DNA of 63,725 nt, filler included, from Sluysia triapertura (taxonomy: Eukaryota), in assembly GCA_046118255.1 (NCBI GenBank). It is 4 parts of 4 records of this genome, joined end to end, with 100 filler letters (N's around TTAATTAATTAA, not from the genome) between each part and the next. Parts side by side here need not be neighbours in the genome. Positions count along the whole stretch, not along the records: positions 1 to 18,730 come from JBJNIA010123080.1; 3 more parts are not named here. One strand, written 5' to 3'. The notes beneath the pieces were generated by a model, which was given only the letters and a program-made list of their open reading frames with translations, had not been told where the DNA came from and searched no databases. Both the position numbers and the translations under genes were made by a program. Below, piece by piece: positions 1 through 13,420 of the stretch. Each line of letters begins with the position of its first letter. Position 1 is the stretch's first letter.

Positions 1-565
1 TCTCTAATATGCAGCTTTACCGGCAAACTAAGTTTGACATGTTCTATTATTGTTTTATTTTGTTTGTTTTTGTATATCAGATTATTTTAAAATTAAGATA
101 CATTTTACAAAAAAAATATTATTTAATTATCAAAATTGCGTAATACAAAAAAAATAAAATTATAGCTTCTGAAAAATATGAAACTTATTGTGCTTCATTT
201 GAAATTCAATTAAATGTAAAAACAATATAATTTTATGAATTTTACTAATTTAAAAAGACAATCATATTGTAAAGTAAATTTTGCTTTATTATTATAAAAG
301 ATTTTATGTTATTATTTTATTAAATCGTTTTAAAATGGTTTATAATTCAAATTTCACTAAATATTTTGTTTTAATATATTATGTTAACGCGATTATAGTT
401 AAAAAATTTAAAAAACAAGTTTATTTCTAAAAATGGTATATAGTTTTGAAACACAATGTATATTATTAAATTACAAACTCTATGTAATAAAAATATTTAT
501 ATAACTTTTTTATTTGATCGATACTGAAACTTAATTTAAAGTTAATTTTATTAAACACTATTTTA

Positions 566-1088
566 ATGATCAAATTAAATTCGTTTCTTAAATTAAAATT
601 TATTTATGTTTTTATTTCATTATTCTTATGCATTTTATTTACATTTCTATTGAAAAGTAAGTATGACAATGGAATAGCATCAATTTTCGCATTATTTACA
701 AGTAATTTTTATTGCTTTTAAATTTATTATTTAGCAATTCCAATTATTTTAACTTTAACTCTACTAGTACAGTATATTAAAGAAGTATTTAAAATTCGAC
801 CTTATTATATTAAGTATCACATTAGAACTGCTGCATTTTTTATTTTTATTGGTTCACTTGCTCTTGTAATTTCAATTGTTTTGCCAATATATCATAAAAA
901 TAGTAAGCATAAAATTATTAATTTTTGAATTTTTAACAGAATCTCAATACGCAAAAAAGCTTGCAATTTGTATAATATTTACAATTTTGTTTGTAAAGTG
1001 GTCGATTTTATACCTGATGATTTCGAAGAAATTTATGAAAAAATACGCCAAAGTTTACACTCTACCTAAATATACGAATTTAAAATAA
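566..1088 (+). CDS. SLC48A1: HRG-1/SLC48A1-like 4-TM heme transporter, 3 exons (566-701, 735-902, 940-1088), 150 aa
   Basis: Removing two GT-AG introns (702-734, 33 nt; 903-939, 37 nt; both phase 1) gives an uninterrupted 453-nt ORF: MIKLNSFLKLKFIYVFISLFLCILFTFLLKSKYDNGIASIFALFTTIPIILTLTLLVQYIKE...IYHKNKSQYAKKLAICIIFTILFVKWSILYLMISKKFMKKY.... It has four hydrophobic segments. Size and the motifs Y..IS, LVQYIKE (cf. HVMYMQD) and FVKWSILYLMISKKF (cf. SFKWAFLLSLYAHRY) resemble the HRG family. Confidence 0.75.
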
Positions 1089-1529
1089 TTTTTCGGAAGA
1101 TTTAGTTTATGACCGAGGATTTTGATTGATTAAATGTTTCATACTTTATTACAAGATTTAATTGCTTTGATTTTATTGGATTACAAATTAAATAAAAAAT
1201 AGTCTTATTTATTCTTAAATCTGAAGTTAATATTACTCAAGCTTATTAGAATTAATTAAATAACTGTTTGAAGTTGTGCTTACTATCAGCAGAAATATGC
1301 ATTCTGCATTAAAGGTCTCCGTTATAATTTAATTATCACAAGTATGCATCATTTTTTCATATTATAATTTACAATGTATTTTGCTTGATCAAATGCAAAA
1401 GTTTAAGTTATTAATTTTACTTCTTTAAATAGCAAGTGAGGTGAATTTTCTGTTAATATGAGACCATTCATGTTTTAATGACATTTTGCCCTTTCAACGA
1501 AAATGAATTATTTTCATTGATTAAACTGA

Positions 1530-1570
1530 TTAACCCTTTGGTGTCGGCAACGCATGTGTACGTTGTCATG
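1530..1570 (+). mobile_element. possible piggyBac-type left terminus
   Basis: TTAA|CCCTTT followed by an imperfect subterminal palindrome CAACGCATGTGTACGTTG. The only candidate right end is the imperfect AAAGGGCTTAA near 2891. Confidence 0.3.
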
Positions 1571-2000
1571 AATTTCTGAATGTTGAGATAATAAATATTT
1601 GCTAATTGAAAGTTTTAATTTAAAATTAAATCTGTGTTGATAAATTAATTCTTTCACTTTACATATTTTTAATACGATTAAGCGTTGATAAGTTATAAGT
1701 TCTATGACGTTTCGATTATTTTATTATAATGAACAACTAAGCAAAAAGTTTTACCATAAATTTTATTAACATGAACAAAAAATTTAAAATTTAAATTTTG
1801 TCTTTTACAATATTTTTCCGAGTATGTTTCTTATGCCGTCTTCTAAGGATACTAAAGAAAATAGAAGAATATAATAGATCAGAAATAATAAAAATGAAAT
1901 TAATAACATCAAAAAATGAATTACTTTTAAGTAATGTTCATAGATACGGTAATCAGCAACTACCACCGAGCGAAAAATCAACGAAGCGTTGGTAGTAAGA

Positions 2001-3393
2001 TTACTTCTGAACAGAACTGTTCGAGGTCACGAGGACTTGCCGTCGTGGATTGAGCTGAATTAAAGAATCAATTAATAGATTACACTTGATTAACTGTACT
2101 TGACTTGGCAATAACGCTTTAACATTGAATGGCTGTTGCGCTTGATTTGGTGGTTCCGAATTATTGTTTCTATTTGATCGTTTCCAAAATTCAATTCGCC
2201 ATTTCACAAAAAATCTATTAAAGCGTATGCAACTTGAATCTTTTCTTCCTTGCTAAAACTTCATTCCAACGTCTAGTTAATTCTTTATTTAACTTCTTTG
2301 GACATAATACTGAATAAGGAATGAGAATATTAACCGAACCTGTTGTCATTCTTTTGAATATACGACAATTAATTTTAGCAGTTACTATCATGTTTTCAAC
2401 AACTAGGTATGCCATTTTGGCTAACATTAAAGCTAAATTGGATTTCTCGTTCTGTGAATAAGCTTGAACTAATTGTAATCTTGAGGTATTAACTAAACAG
2501 CATGTTTGATTATTGTCCGATAACATATATATCGAATCACGATAACGTCAAATATAATTGTAATTATTGTCTAAACTTAATGTTTGCATGAGTATTGATG
2601 GTGAAACCACACGTATTTCGATACATTTATTTATACTAGCTAGCAATAATAGAGGATGATATATGGTTCGTGACTGTGAATGAAACCATTTGAAAATTCC
2701 ATCATTCAATACACTAATATTTTTATCTATACATTCAACAAGTTCATCGATTTGGATGCTAGGAAAATCTGACATTTGGAGTACCAAAGGTTCCTGGCTT
2801 TTACTGACATTACTTAAAATTTGGTTACTTGGTGTTGAAAGGTAAACAAAAAAAATATTCTGTTTACGTTTCGATAAAAACTAAATCGTGAAAGGGCTTA
2901 ATACATTCAGGTGCACCACGAATTAGAAACTCAACATGAATTTTTTATTTTAGTTTCTCTTTATTCCAATGACAAATAAAAAAGGAATTCACACTAATTG
3001 TTTTTTGTTACCTTTACTATCTTTAGTCGTTGATTGTGGTAGTACATTGTTATTTAGTTGGTGATTATTTGTTTCTGAATGAGATATCTTGCGAGATGTA
3101 TTAAGCGATAATACTCGGATATTGTTACAAAAATTCGAAATACTCTTTACATTATCAATGATGGAATTAACTCTATGATCATTCATTCGTTATATAAATA
3201 TTTTGTTTTCACAAAGGACAAGAAGCAATCCAAAATCATGTATAACTGCCTTTTGAAGACTAGTTATGTTAATAAAATCTTTTAACACGCAAGAAAAATC
3301 TGAGACAACTTTCGTCTCGTAATTTTTTGGTAGCGACGAAAAAATATTATTTACGTTATATGAAATAGGATACACAAATATTGGTCCCAACAA
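2001..3393 (-). pseudogene. chain of broken ORFs, unidentified decayed coding sequence
   Basis: Five collinear minus-strand ORFs in DNA of higher GC than the flanks, separated by stops or frameshifts. No family recognised. Confidence 0.25.
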
Positions 3394-3699
3394 TTAATTT
3401 GTCTTTATATGCAGCAATACATTAATAAGTATATGGCTATTCCACTCGTATGGCAATAAAATTTGTAGAGCAGTTCATGATTCATTTTGTACAGATTTTC
3501 AATTTTTTAAGTATAATTACTATTAACTATTGATTATATTAAAATCACAAGATAGATTATTCTAAATTTGACGTTATTTCTCTATCTTTTTTAACGTATA
3601 AATTTGCACGCTTAATTGCTGTCTGCTAATTCTTAATATAGACTACTACTAATGGTTAGTCAACAACACTATTCTGATGTTTAATGTGCAACCATGATT

Positions 3700-4610
3700 G
3701 GTTGTTCAACCAAAAAGTAAGACAAAATAGTAATGTTAATTCTGGTTGGACAACCAATGGAAGCACATAGTAATTACGATAACAAACTGTCAGAGGATGA
3801 CAGTAACTACTTTTGATACTACTTTGTTTAATTTACTGTCAACCACTGGCAGTTATTAGAATATATTTAAAATTAATGAGTACAGTAACAAAAAATGGCG
3901 ATATTAGTACTAATAAAAGTGGTCCTAATAATAATGATAATAACAACAATAATAATCAAAATCGATTGTTAAAATAAAAAAAGCACAAATCTTCTTTATT
4001 TCTATATACATAATCTTTCTGTTATTTTTTTGATTTCTTACACATTTGAAGCTCTTAAAATGGTTGAATATTAAAGAATTGTGATCTTGATGTGTTTTGG
4101 ATTACTTTTACGGCGTATGTTGTACTTCTACAGTTATGAAATTGTGAATAATATATTTTTGTTATAGTCTATTGTACGTTAATGATTTTGAATGAAAAGG
4201 TTATTTTAATGTTATAAGATAATGAATGACATGTTTTAAATGAATTTTTAAATGTGATATGATAGTTTCACTGAAGATACAGTTTGGATGTTGAAGATTT
4301 ATGAGCCTAAGTGTTTTGATATATAAAAAAATGATTTTAATGGATCTGAAAGAAATAAAATATGAGGTTTGGATGACAAATAGTTAAAGTGTTGTGGAAT
4401 GTGATTTTATGTAAAGTATGTTGGATTAAATTTGTAGTGTTACGAATTAATTTTTTAAGTAAAGCTTTGATGATTTTCGCTATTGACTGTGAATTTGGTA
4501 TATTGTAATTTTGTGTTCTGGGGTATTGATAGTTGTGACATGTTTTGAATAGTGATTTTTGTTATGTATTATCATAATAGAATTTCAAATTATTGGGTTG
4601 GCCAGTAAAA
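3700..4610 (-). repeat. diverged interspersed repeat (family B terminal module plus strand-skewed body)
   Basis: TCTGGTTGGACA at ~3741 matches CTCTGGTTGGACAG at ~59567. The G/T-skewed body resembles 59850-60600 and the reverse complement of ~51200-51430. Confidence 0.45.
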
Positions 4611-6044
4611 ATATGTTCGCATTTTATTTTCATTTAGATGTCACTTTTTCATTATTTCAAATATAAAAATGTTTTACTGTTTTTCCCTCCTGAAACTTCA
4701 TTTTCAATTATATATTCACCATTTTATTCACAAAATGAATAGCCAATTTCAAGTGTTTTGTCAATAATCAATATAAAATCAATTGTGATTGTGTATATTT
4801 CTAAAAATAAAATCAATTGTGTATATTGTTTGTAAATTATGCATATAAAACCAATATAAATTGTGCGTATACTTAATGTAAATAAGATATAATTATGTAA
4901 GAAGTAATTGTAAATGTAATAATTATTTGTAAATAAAATAATAATTTGAAAATAAAATAATTTATGTAATAATAATTTAAAAAACATTTTATTTTACTGT
5001 AAATATTTTAATTTTAAAAAAAAAGTTTTATAAAATTATTATTAATCAGTTATAATTATAAAATTATTTACAAACGGATATTATATTTTTATAAATAATA
5101 TAAAAATATTCCCTTTAATATTTTTATATTATTTATAAAAATATTCCCTTTAGTTATCCCAAGATTTAAGTCATTTAAAATTTCTGTAAATTAAATTACG
5201 GCACCGCTTGCTGTCATTAGTTTATTTTTGGTATTATTAGTGTCATTAGCATTAATTCTACATTATGATTTTGTAATATACGGAATTTGGTGAGAAATAA
5301 CAAGGTTATATGCCTATGATAAAAACAATTGGCTTCAGAACATAAAAGGCCAAATCAAAACATTAAAACATCATATCAAGAGACCACGCCATCGGCAACT
5401 GATAAATGTATTTCTGGTGATGTCAGAGATATTTGCGAAGATGATAAAGATGCTAAAGTTGATTGGTATGCAACAATGTTTGAAGGTCGTACAGTTTTGG
5501 ATACACCAAATCCAACCACTAGCGGTTCGGTATTAGTCATTTACCTCCAAAGACGACTCTAGAAGTTCAAGGGAAAGCAGCAAGGTAACTCGTAATAAAG
5601 TAGTTATAGAAGAATTTTGCAAGTGATAAAGATACCATTTATAATCTCGCAACTTCTATATTTTCCATAATGTTTGTAAAGTTTTAATTCGCTGTTTTTA
5701 TTTGGGTAAATTGTTCTTACTGATTTATTTTATTGGATAAAATTAAATTTAAAATTAAAAATTAAGTATAATTCGGCAAATATACTTGTAAATAAATTAA
5801 CTTGTAAATATATTTTGCAATAATGTTTTTTATTTCATAAAATTAAAATTGTTGAAGTACAGAATCTTGTAAATAAACTAAATCATTAAATAAAATAATA
5901 TTACAAAAATAATAATATCTTTATTATTATTATTTTTATACTATTTACTTTTTAGTATGAACGATTAATTAAAATCTTAAAATGTAATAAAATGAAAAAA
6001 TCAATATATAATAATTAGCTTTATATAATAAAACATTTATAAAA

Positions 6045-7354
6045 ATGCCTGTAGTTAGATTTGGTATTTGTGCAATGGATAAAAAGGTAAAGTCACGTCC
6101 AATGCATGAAATATTGTATCGATTAAGAAATTTTAATACAATTAAAATTATCATTTTTTCTGAAAGTTTAATATTGAATGAACCAGTTGAATATTGGCCA
6201 ATATGTGATACATTATTAAGTTTTTATTCCACTGGATTTCCTTTGGATAAATCTATATCGTACGCTCGTTTAAGAAGACCATTTTTAATTAATGATGTTG
6301 AAATGCAATATCTTTTACAAAGTCGAATTTTAATTTATAAAAAATTACAAGAAGCAAATATAAGAATACCAAATTATTTGTTTATGGATCGCTCAGATCC
6401 TTCAAAATTGCCAAAATTTGAAGAAACGGATGATTCGATTATGGTTATTAATTATTAAAAATTCAAAAATATGATTTCACAAAAGTATTATTAAAGCTTA
6501 TATAATTTAACATGAAGCGTTACTGTTATTTTTGTAGAATTTTTGGAGAATTTACTTTCTAAATTTCAGATTATTGTTTTGTTTCATTTTTAGTTAAATT
6601 TTACTTAAGATTAAGATATAAATATTTTGTGATTTTAGGTAACTACTTTCAACTGCAGTCTGGATTTTTGTATTTAAATTTTATAATAAAAATAAACGGA
6701 ACAATTTGACAGTGTATTTTATTTTGATTGTTTATTAATTGTGGTTTTTAATTCCAGCGATTAAACTTAAACTTAGTATAATATTACGTATTATTTTTGA
6801 ATTAATTTGCGAAGTTTCTTTATTTTAAATTTTTAGACTGAACTGTGTCAATGAATTTTCTAAAATCTAAAATATTGAAATAATTTACATTTATTTTTTA
6901 TCGAAAATGCAAAATGTAGTAGAACTTCCAATAAGTCGACGAATTACGAAAAATATGTTATAATATAAAAAATCACACTTGCTGTAAGTTTATTTTGATT
7001 TTTTAATGAACATGTAAGTTGTTATTGCCTTCATATTTAAATAATTACTACTTTAGTTATAATTACGAAATATAATTTATGTATTTAAAAACAGTTATTA
7101 TGCATTAAGTTATTCTGTATTTGGTTTTTTAGATAAATGATGAAATCATGACAAAACCATTTGTGGAGAAACCCGTTGATGCTGAAAATCACAATATTTT
7201 CATTTATTTTCCAGTAGATGCTGGTGGTGGAAGGCAAGAATTATTTCGAAAAGTAGGAAACAAAAGTAGTAGATATGTAAAAATAAGTAAAGTGAGGAGA
7301 GAAGGATCATATATTTATGAAAAATTTCTAATGACAGATGGAACCGATATTAAA
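6045..7354 (+). CDS. PPIP5K: VIP1/PPIP5K inositol hexakisphosphate/diphosphoinositol-pentakisphosphate kinase, 5' part only (exons 6045-6443, 7133-7354)
   Basis: Motifs [53 protein letters not shown] and [17 protein letters not shown]. An in-frame GT-AG intron (6444-7132) joins DDSIM|INDEIMTKP. There is a donor GT at 7355 but no downstream exon was found. Confidence 0.93.
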
Positions 7355-10097
7355 GTTTGTTTTTGTTTAAAATATTGCAAAATAGCTTTTAAATATTGAT
7401 ATAGGAAAACAAATAGCTTTTAAAAAGCAATTAGGTTTAAAAAGCAATTATCACATAAATTGTGTTATTGAAACAATGGAAATTATTTAATTTTCTTAAT
7501 ATGATCTCTATTAAATTAGTTTCGTCTTAAAGTATTTGAAAAAATTAATATTGATAAACATGCAGTTAAAAAGATAATTTGAAACTTCTTAAAGTTTAAA
7601 TAAACATGCCACATACATTGCAATTTTAAATCAAATACTATCAATAATAGTTGACATAATTTCTCAAAAATGTGGGTAACTTGAAGAAAATCCATGAAAG
7701 AATTCAAATGCAGTTTTTAAACAGTGATTAATATTTTTACAAAACTTTCAATTTCATCTTAGGGAAAAGTCAAATACAATACAGATAAAAGTATGCATAA
7801 TATTATATATTAAGAGCTTATTAAATAATTTCCGAAATTAAGAGGTAATATCAAAATGAGAATTAACGGCATTAATATTGCCAAATATCACATATAATTA
7901 TAACAATTTCTTGATTAAATGCAAATCAAATAATCAAATATAAAAATTACAAAAGTATCTACTAAAAATTGATCATAGTTTGCATAGTTATGATTAAATC
8001 GTCATCAATATAACACGCAGAAGTACATTTAAAAACATTTAAAAAAGCACTTAAGGAGGTCATACAAGTTACGAAATGTCTCTAAGCGCCAAAAAACAAA
8101 CAAAATATAAAAATCATTAAAAAATAATAATAATTTTTATTAATTAAGATTCTACTAAATTTAATATTGTAAAATAAACACAACCAGTTAAAACGACAAA
8201 GTTAAAGTACAGATAAATATTTAAATATAAAAATTCTAATACATAATTTATTTTAGTCAAATTTATTTTAATTAATTTTTCCATCGCAAATTTATTTTAA
8301 TTAACTTTAAAAGATTTTTCCATCGTCTCGCCAAGTTAGTTTTATTTCGATTATTTTATTTTAATTATTTTATTATTTATTTTATTTAATTATTTTATTG
8401 AACAATATTTTATTATGATAAAAAATTATTAATTTTAATATTCTATAAAGAGTTAATTTGTGTAATATTTTGTTGTATAAATTATTGTCAAAAAATTAAT
8501 CTGTATAAATTATTATAATTATTTAATTTATTTGTTTTCTATATCTAATTTAATTGTTTTTCTTTGACCTTGACATAAACTACTATAAATACAGTAAGCT
8601 TTTCATAACTTCACACACAATTTTTAAAAATTTTTCAATTCGAAGTTGCGATTTAAAAGTCTAAGCTCTTTTCTTATTCGGCAGTGTTTACAATTTCAAG
8701 AATTAACTCGCCTAGTTTGATCCAAATCATATCATTTGAGAAAATTCAATTCCAATTACTCATTATATTGCATATTAACGTTAGTTTTTGTTCGTAGGAA
8801 TTTTTTTAGCAATATTTAAAATTGCATTTGTAAAATTGTAACTTAAATTATAATTAAACTAATTGTGTTATCCTTTATTGATAACAATGTAAATTTCTTA
8901 TTTCTTAAAAAATTTTACATTAAAGATTATCAACATAATAATCTTTGTAAATTTTATTATCACCCTATATAATTGTTATTTATACGTTTTTTGTCTTTAA
9001 TATAAATTCATTTTGTTAATCAAAGTATTTATTTATTAAACTAATCAATCCTAATAAAATCTTTAAAATTTGATAAGGGTTCATTTAGTCTGAACCCGAG
9101 TAAAATATTTTGACAATTAACGGTTTGTATATTCAAACCGAAGAAAAATCCATATCATTATAGGTTTTTTAAAATCTTATTAAAATCGATTATAAATTTC
9201 ACTGCCCCTAAATTACTACTCGTGTTATTATTAAATTATTAATTTGATATTTTAGCTTGTCATTACTTATATTTTGTGAAATAATAATCTTTATATTAAA
9301 TTGATAGAATTTTTTGATTTTAAAATTACGTAATTCAAGCCTTGATTATTATAGAACATTGATATTAATTTCTTGAAACATTTTTGCCAAGGAATCCTTG
9401 TGACCTCCATTTTACTATTTAAGAAAATCCAACGATTGGCCATTTAGTTTGTAAGTCCAATACGTTGGTGAACTCACTAGCTTTAAATTTTATTCGCATA
9501 AGCATATAATTCTTGCAATATATATGTTATTGTTGCTATCTGACGTTACACAGGTGAAAGAAATACAATGCTCTTCATTTTTCTCACTGGCATATATATT
9601 ATCAGAAACTACTTGGATATTTACACCACCGTTAACTCCTATTTGAATTAACAAATTTAGATCATAATATTCAATTTAAAACAATTGAAGACTTAATGAA
9701 AAGTGTACTATATGATCAAAAAAATGGAAGAAGCTAGAAGGTATGTATTATTTTCTCAGGTTAAAGATAGAATACTTACGGAAATAGTTGAGACTTCTCT
9801 GGTTAAAAACACAAATAGACCTGATTTTGAAAGATTGTTATCTGAAATTCTTTTGAAAAAGCAGCTAAAAATGTTATGAAACAAATATGGGGAAAATTCC
9901 TAATTTTTAGATAAGCAATATCAGGTCTTATGGGAGTTTATTATATTATAATAATTATTAAAACATTATTTCAGCAATTAATATCCACTTACGAATTATA
10001 TAAAGTTAATGGATTAGGCTGGAAATTATTCTTAGGCTTAATACCATGTTTAGTGAGGCCGTTGGTATCTAAGCATTTTCATGATAGAATAATATAG

Positions 10098-10760
10098 TTG
10101 GAACAAGATAGAACAAATTTTAAAGTATATTCAACTACTACTGAAGATGGAGAAATAGATAACAAGATTAACCAACAAACAAAACATCAAGAAAAGGTAT
10201 ATAAATCACTATTCCCAAAAATAGATAAAGAACAAATACCAATTTATAATCAAGAAACTACTATAGTTACATATATAGAAGAAAATTCGGAAAATTTAAA
10301 TTCAAAAATCGTACATAATGATGCTACTGCTCCTTTTGTTAGAATGCTACATACTACAGATGGATTGGCTGCAAATCCAACAATTTCAATTCAAGTAAAT
10401 AATAAATGGAAATTGGCCTTAATTGATACTGGCTCGTCAACTACTCTTTTAGATTACTCAGAACTTAAACCTTACCAAATACGAAATATCGAACAAACGA
10501 ATATGAAAATTATTGTGATGTCTGGAAATACTATCACACCAGTTGGAATTTTAAATTGTAATATAACTATAGGAAAACAGAAAATTACTCAAAACGTATT
10601 GGTTGCAAAAAATTTACCTTATCCATGCATTGTAGGAATGAATACATTGTCTCAGTTAAAAGATATAGTTTTTTTCGTTATTATTGTATTTCTTGAAATG
10701 TTTCTTTTCCATTTTCAGATTTCTATGTTTTTCTTGAAAATATTAGAGCTCTTGAGGTAG
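10098..10760 (+). mobile_element. LTR retrotransposon (Ty3/gypsy-like) aspartic protease remnant
   Basis: LALIDTGSSTTLL active-site motif and C-terminal PYPCIVGMNTL. No RT follows. A decayed gag-like stretch lies upstream (~9540-10090). Confidence 0.85.
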
Positions 10761-10819
10761 TTTTACTCATGTAAAGAAATTATTTAAAATTATAATTATC
10801 TATAAATTATGTATTATTT

Positions 10820-10850
<31 letters not shown>

Positions 10851-10915
10851 TAACAATAAAACTAATTGTAATAGTTGTAATAGTTGTAATAGTTGCAATA
10901 TTTGCAATAGTTGTA
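10820..10915 (+). repeat. (AAT)n microsatellite followed by a short (TTGTAATAG)n minisatellite
   Basis: Directly visible tandem repeats. Confidence 0.85.
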
Positions 10916-11429
10916 AGAGTTTAAGTAAATCTTTATATCTCTTAAATGTTGCAAGAATTTATGTATTTTCAGATATAATGTGGTATTTTTACTAGACTGT
11001 TCGATTTAAAAGATAGTAGCTATTGTCATTAATCCAGAATTACTGGTAAATCTATTGTATTATTTATAAAATGTAAAACTTTTTCAAAACTTAAATATAG
11101 GCTAATTATGTAATTGCGCGAATTTGCAGTTCATAAAAGTAGATGAACAATCTTATGGAATAAAGATATCGATTATTATAAGTCTTTCTTGACAGCATGC
11201 GTCGAAAAGTTGTGACAGTTAAATTAATAGTCAGAAGTTTGAAAATCATAACTAGTTTTAAAAATAAAATTTGCCATAAATATTAAATATTTAAAATTTT
11301 TATTTTAGATGTGGTTTTATTTTATATTTCGTAATTTTTAAATTATAAAATATTGTGTTTCTATAGGATTTTGAATGTTATCAGAATCATACATGTGAAA
11401 AGAATGTACTTTAATGATTGATAATTGTC

Positions 11430-12300
11430 AGGATCTTAATATTTTTCTGACAATTACGTCTAATAGGATTTTTTTGTTTTTGCTATCTTTTAAGATAACT
11501 TTGAAATTGGTATGAGTGACACTGTTTATAAAATGTTGATGTTGAGTGAATCCATTTACACGGAAGTTTATCTTTTGAATGCTTTTGTGTACTATTGAAT
11601 ATATGCTTCTCATTGATTGTTCAGTTTATTATAAAAGGATTCAATATAGACCTAATTGAATGATGATTTTTTTATCAATGTCTCGATAAATGTTAAAATG
11701 TTAAATGTGGTTAGTGTGATATTTACAAGGTTTCGCTCGAGAAATGATTAAAGCAGAATTATCGATTCCGAACATGTTTTCTTAAAACTAATATCTAGGT
11801 TAACATCACTATTATCGAGAATATTTATGGAGGATGCAAGAATTGTTATGACAATATACATATTTAATTGAGTTACTAACGCATATTTTTAAACCTTACA
11901 TCCATAAAATAACATAGAAAGCTTTGTTTATCTTACAATTAAATCTTAACATTTATTTCAAATTTATTTATCTATATATTTCAATAAAGTTTTTTTTACT
12001 GTTCTTTCATTAATTTTAATTTTATACATTACACAATGACGCGTTTCGAAATTATTTTCATGAGGATGAACTTCCTTAGAAAAAATAACAAAAAAAACAT
12101 AAGGATTATGGAGATAATAAAGGTAAGAATAAGAACCAACAATCATTGTGCATATCAGATTTTCTATTTCATGGTTTTTAACATCAATATCATTTGATAG
12201 CTTTGTTCTGTTACTTGGTTTACATTCCTTAATTTTTGATATCAGAGGTTATTAAGTATCTTGTAGCATACTTTTACTTTGGTATTGTCTATTTCGTGAT
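11430..12300 (-). mobile_element. decayed Penelope-like retroelement RT
   Basis: The minus strand gives FYGCKV*K (cf. FYGLPKIHK, ~11900), FY...MRS (cf. FYxQxxGxxMGS, ~11620) and HFINSVTHTNFKVILKDSKNKKILLDVIV (cf. NSxHPNIKFTxExxxNxLxFLDV), in the expected order. Confidence 0.6.
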
Positions 12301-12399
12301 TTTTAACATCACGCGCGTGAATAAGTTTTATGTAGTTAAGTAAAACTTTAGCAGCCATCTAAATTTTATTTTACTCTTTATTTTATTTAAACTTTTATT

Positions 12400-13420
12400 G
12401 GCTGTTTTACTGTGGCTGAACTGCACAAGTTTGACTCGTATTTTTTTGGAGGCGTAGCAGGCAATGATGGTACAGTTTGCTGCTGTAAGAAAAGAATGTA
12501 TCTGTGCTTTTTATAACTTTAAGGGGAAAACGGTTACGGCAGCTTCACTCTCAACCAGAAAATTCAATTTATATTTGAAGTCAAATCAGGTGGATACATG
12601 TTTCGGTCTTGCTGCTGTGACCGTTGGCGTATTTATTTTTTTGCTATTGATTTAAAGGTTTTATAGTGTATACAACATCTTTTAGGTGATTTTTGAGACT
12701 GCAAGGTTTTTTAGGTTAGTTGAATTTTTGGGAATCTGCACCCAAGAACAGGGCATTTTGCTTGTTGCAGGAACTTGGGTAGTAACAGATTCCATTGAAT
12801 TGTTTAGTATTTGTGATTTATCGTTTGGATAAGGACGATGCCGTAGAATTCGTTGGTGAAAGAGGTCTTAGCGGTGAATTATTTCTTGATTTAGAAGTGA
12901 CCATTCGTGTTAGTTGTTTTCTTAAAGCTTCTGTACCTAATAGAGCACTTTGAATTTCATGTCGGATTCTGTTCATTGTTGGTGACACTTTTCATTGCGT
13001 TAAAAGATTGAGGGTAGTTTATATGCCATTGTAAGATAATTTTAACAGCAAGTGGGCCAAATCGTCAATTTTATCGATTTGGCTTTCAGCGAGAATAGCC
13101 TTTACCAGAGGGATCGTGGCATCGAAAAATAGTCTTCAGAAGGTCATGATTCTCGTCGGTATCGCATCCGAAAGGTTCCAGGTTTACCATTATCATAGAA
13201 ATTCTGAAGGCGATAAGGAGCCTAATGACTGTGCTTTAAAGTAGTCATGAGAAACGTTTTGTGCATTGGAGTGGTAGTGAGGTCATCATAGGCTCTTTTT
13301 GAAGCAAGGCACGTCTGAATTTTGGTGCTTGGTTTGCTTAATAGTGATTGAGGAAGCATTGCCAAACTATGAATTGTAGTTTTTGAAAGAAAAACCTTTT
13401 TATTTGTGACCGCCGAAATG
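12400..13420 (-). mobile_element. decayed Ty3/gypsy gag-protease (CsRn1/Kabuki-like)
   Basis: The minus strand, across frameshifts, gives SLGSLSPSE (cf. LGDRKPSE), PLVKAILAESQIDKIDDLAHL, a decayed CHCC-type motif near 12750, FLVESEAAVTVFP (cf. FLVDTGAEVSVLP) and FLTAANCTIIACY. A PBS-like CATTTCGGCGGTCAC lies at ~13410-13424. Confidence 0.7.

Noticed and set aside
876-1088. Standalone 70-aa ORF from the track
   Set aside because: It is exon 3 of the HRG-like gene, extended upstream through intron 2.
4724-4987. Many 60-90 aa Ile/Phe/Leu/Lys-rich ORFs (this one and similar)
   Set aside because: Expected by chance in very AT-rich DNA. Many have non-ATG starts, and none shows a motif.
5329-5590. 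GC-richer coding-like fragment upstream of PPIP5K
   Set aside because: No family recognised and no supportable splice to PPIP5K; left unannotated.
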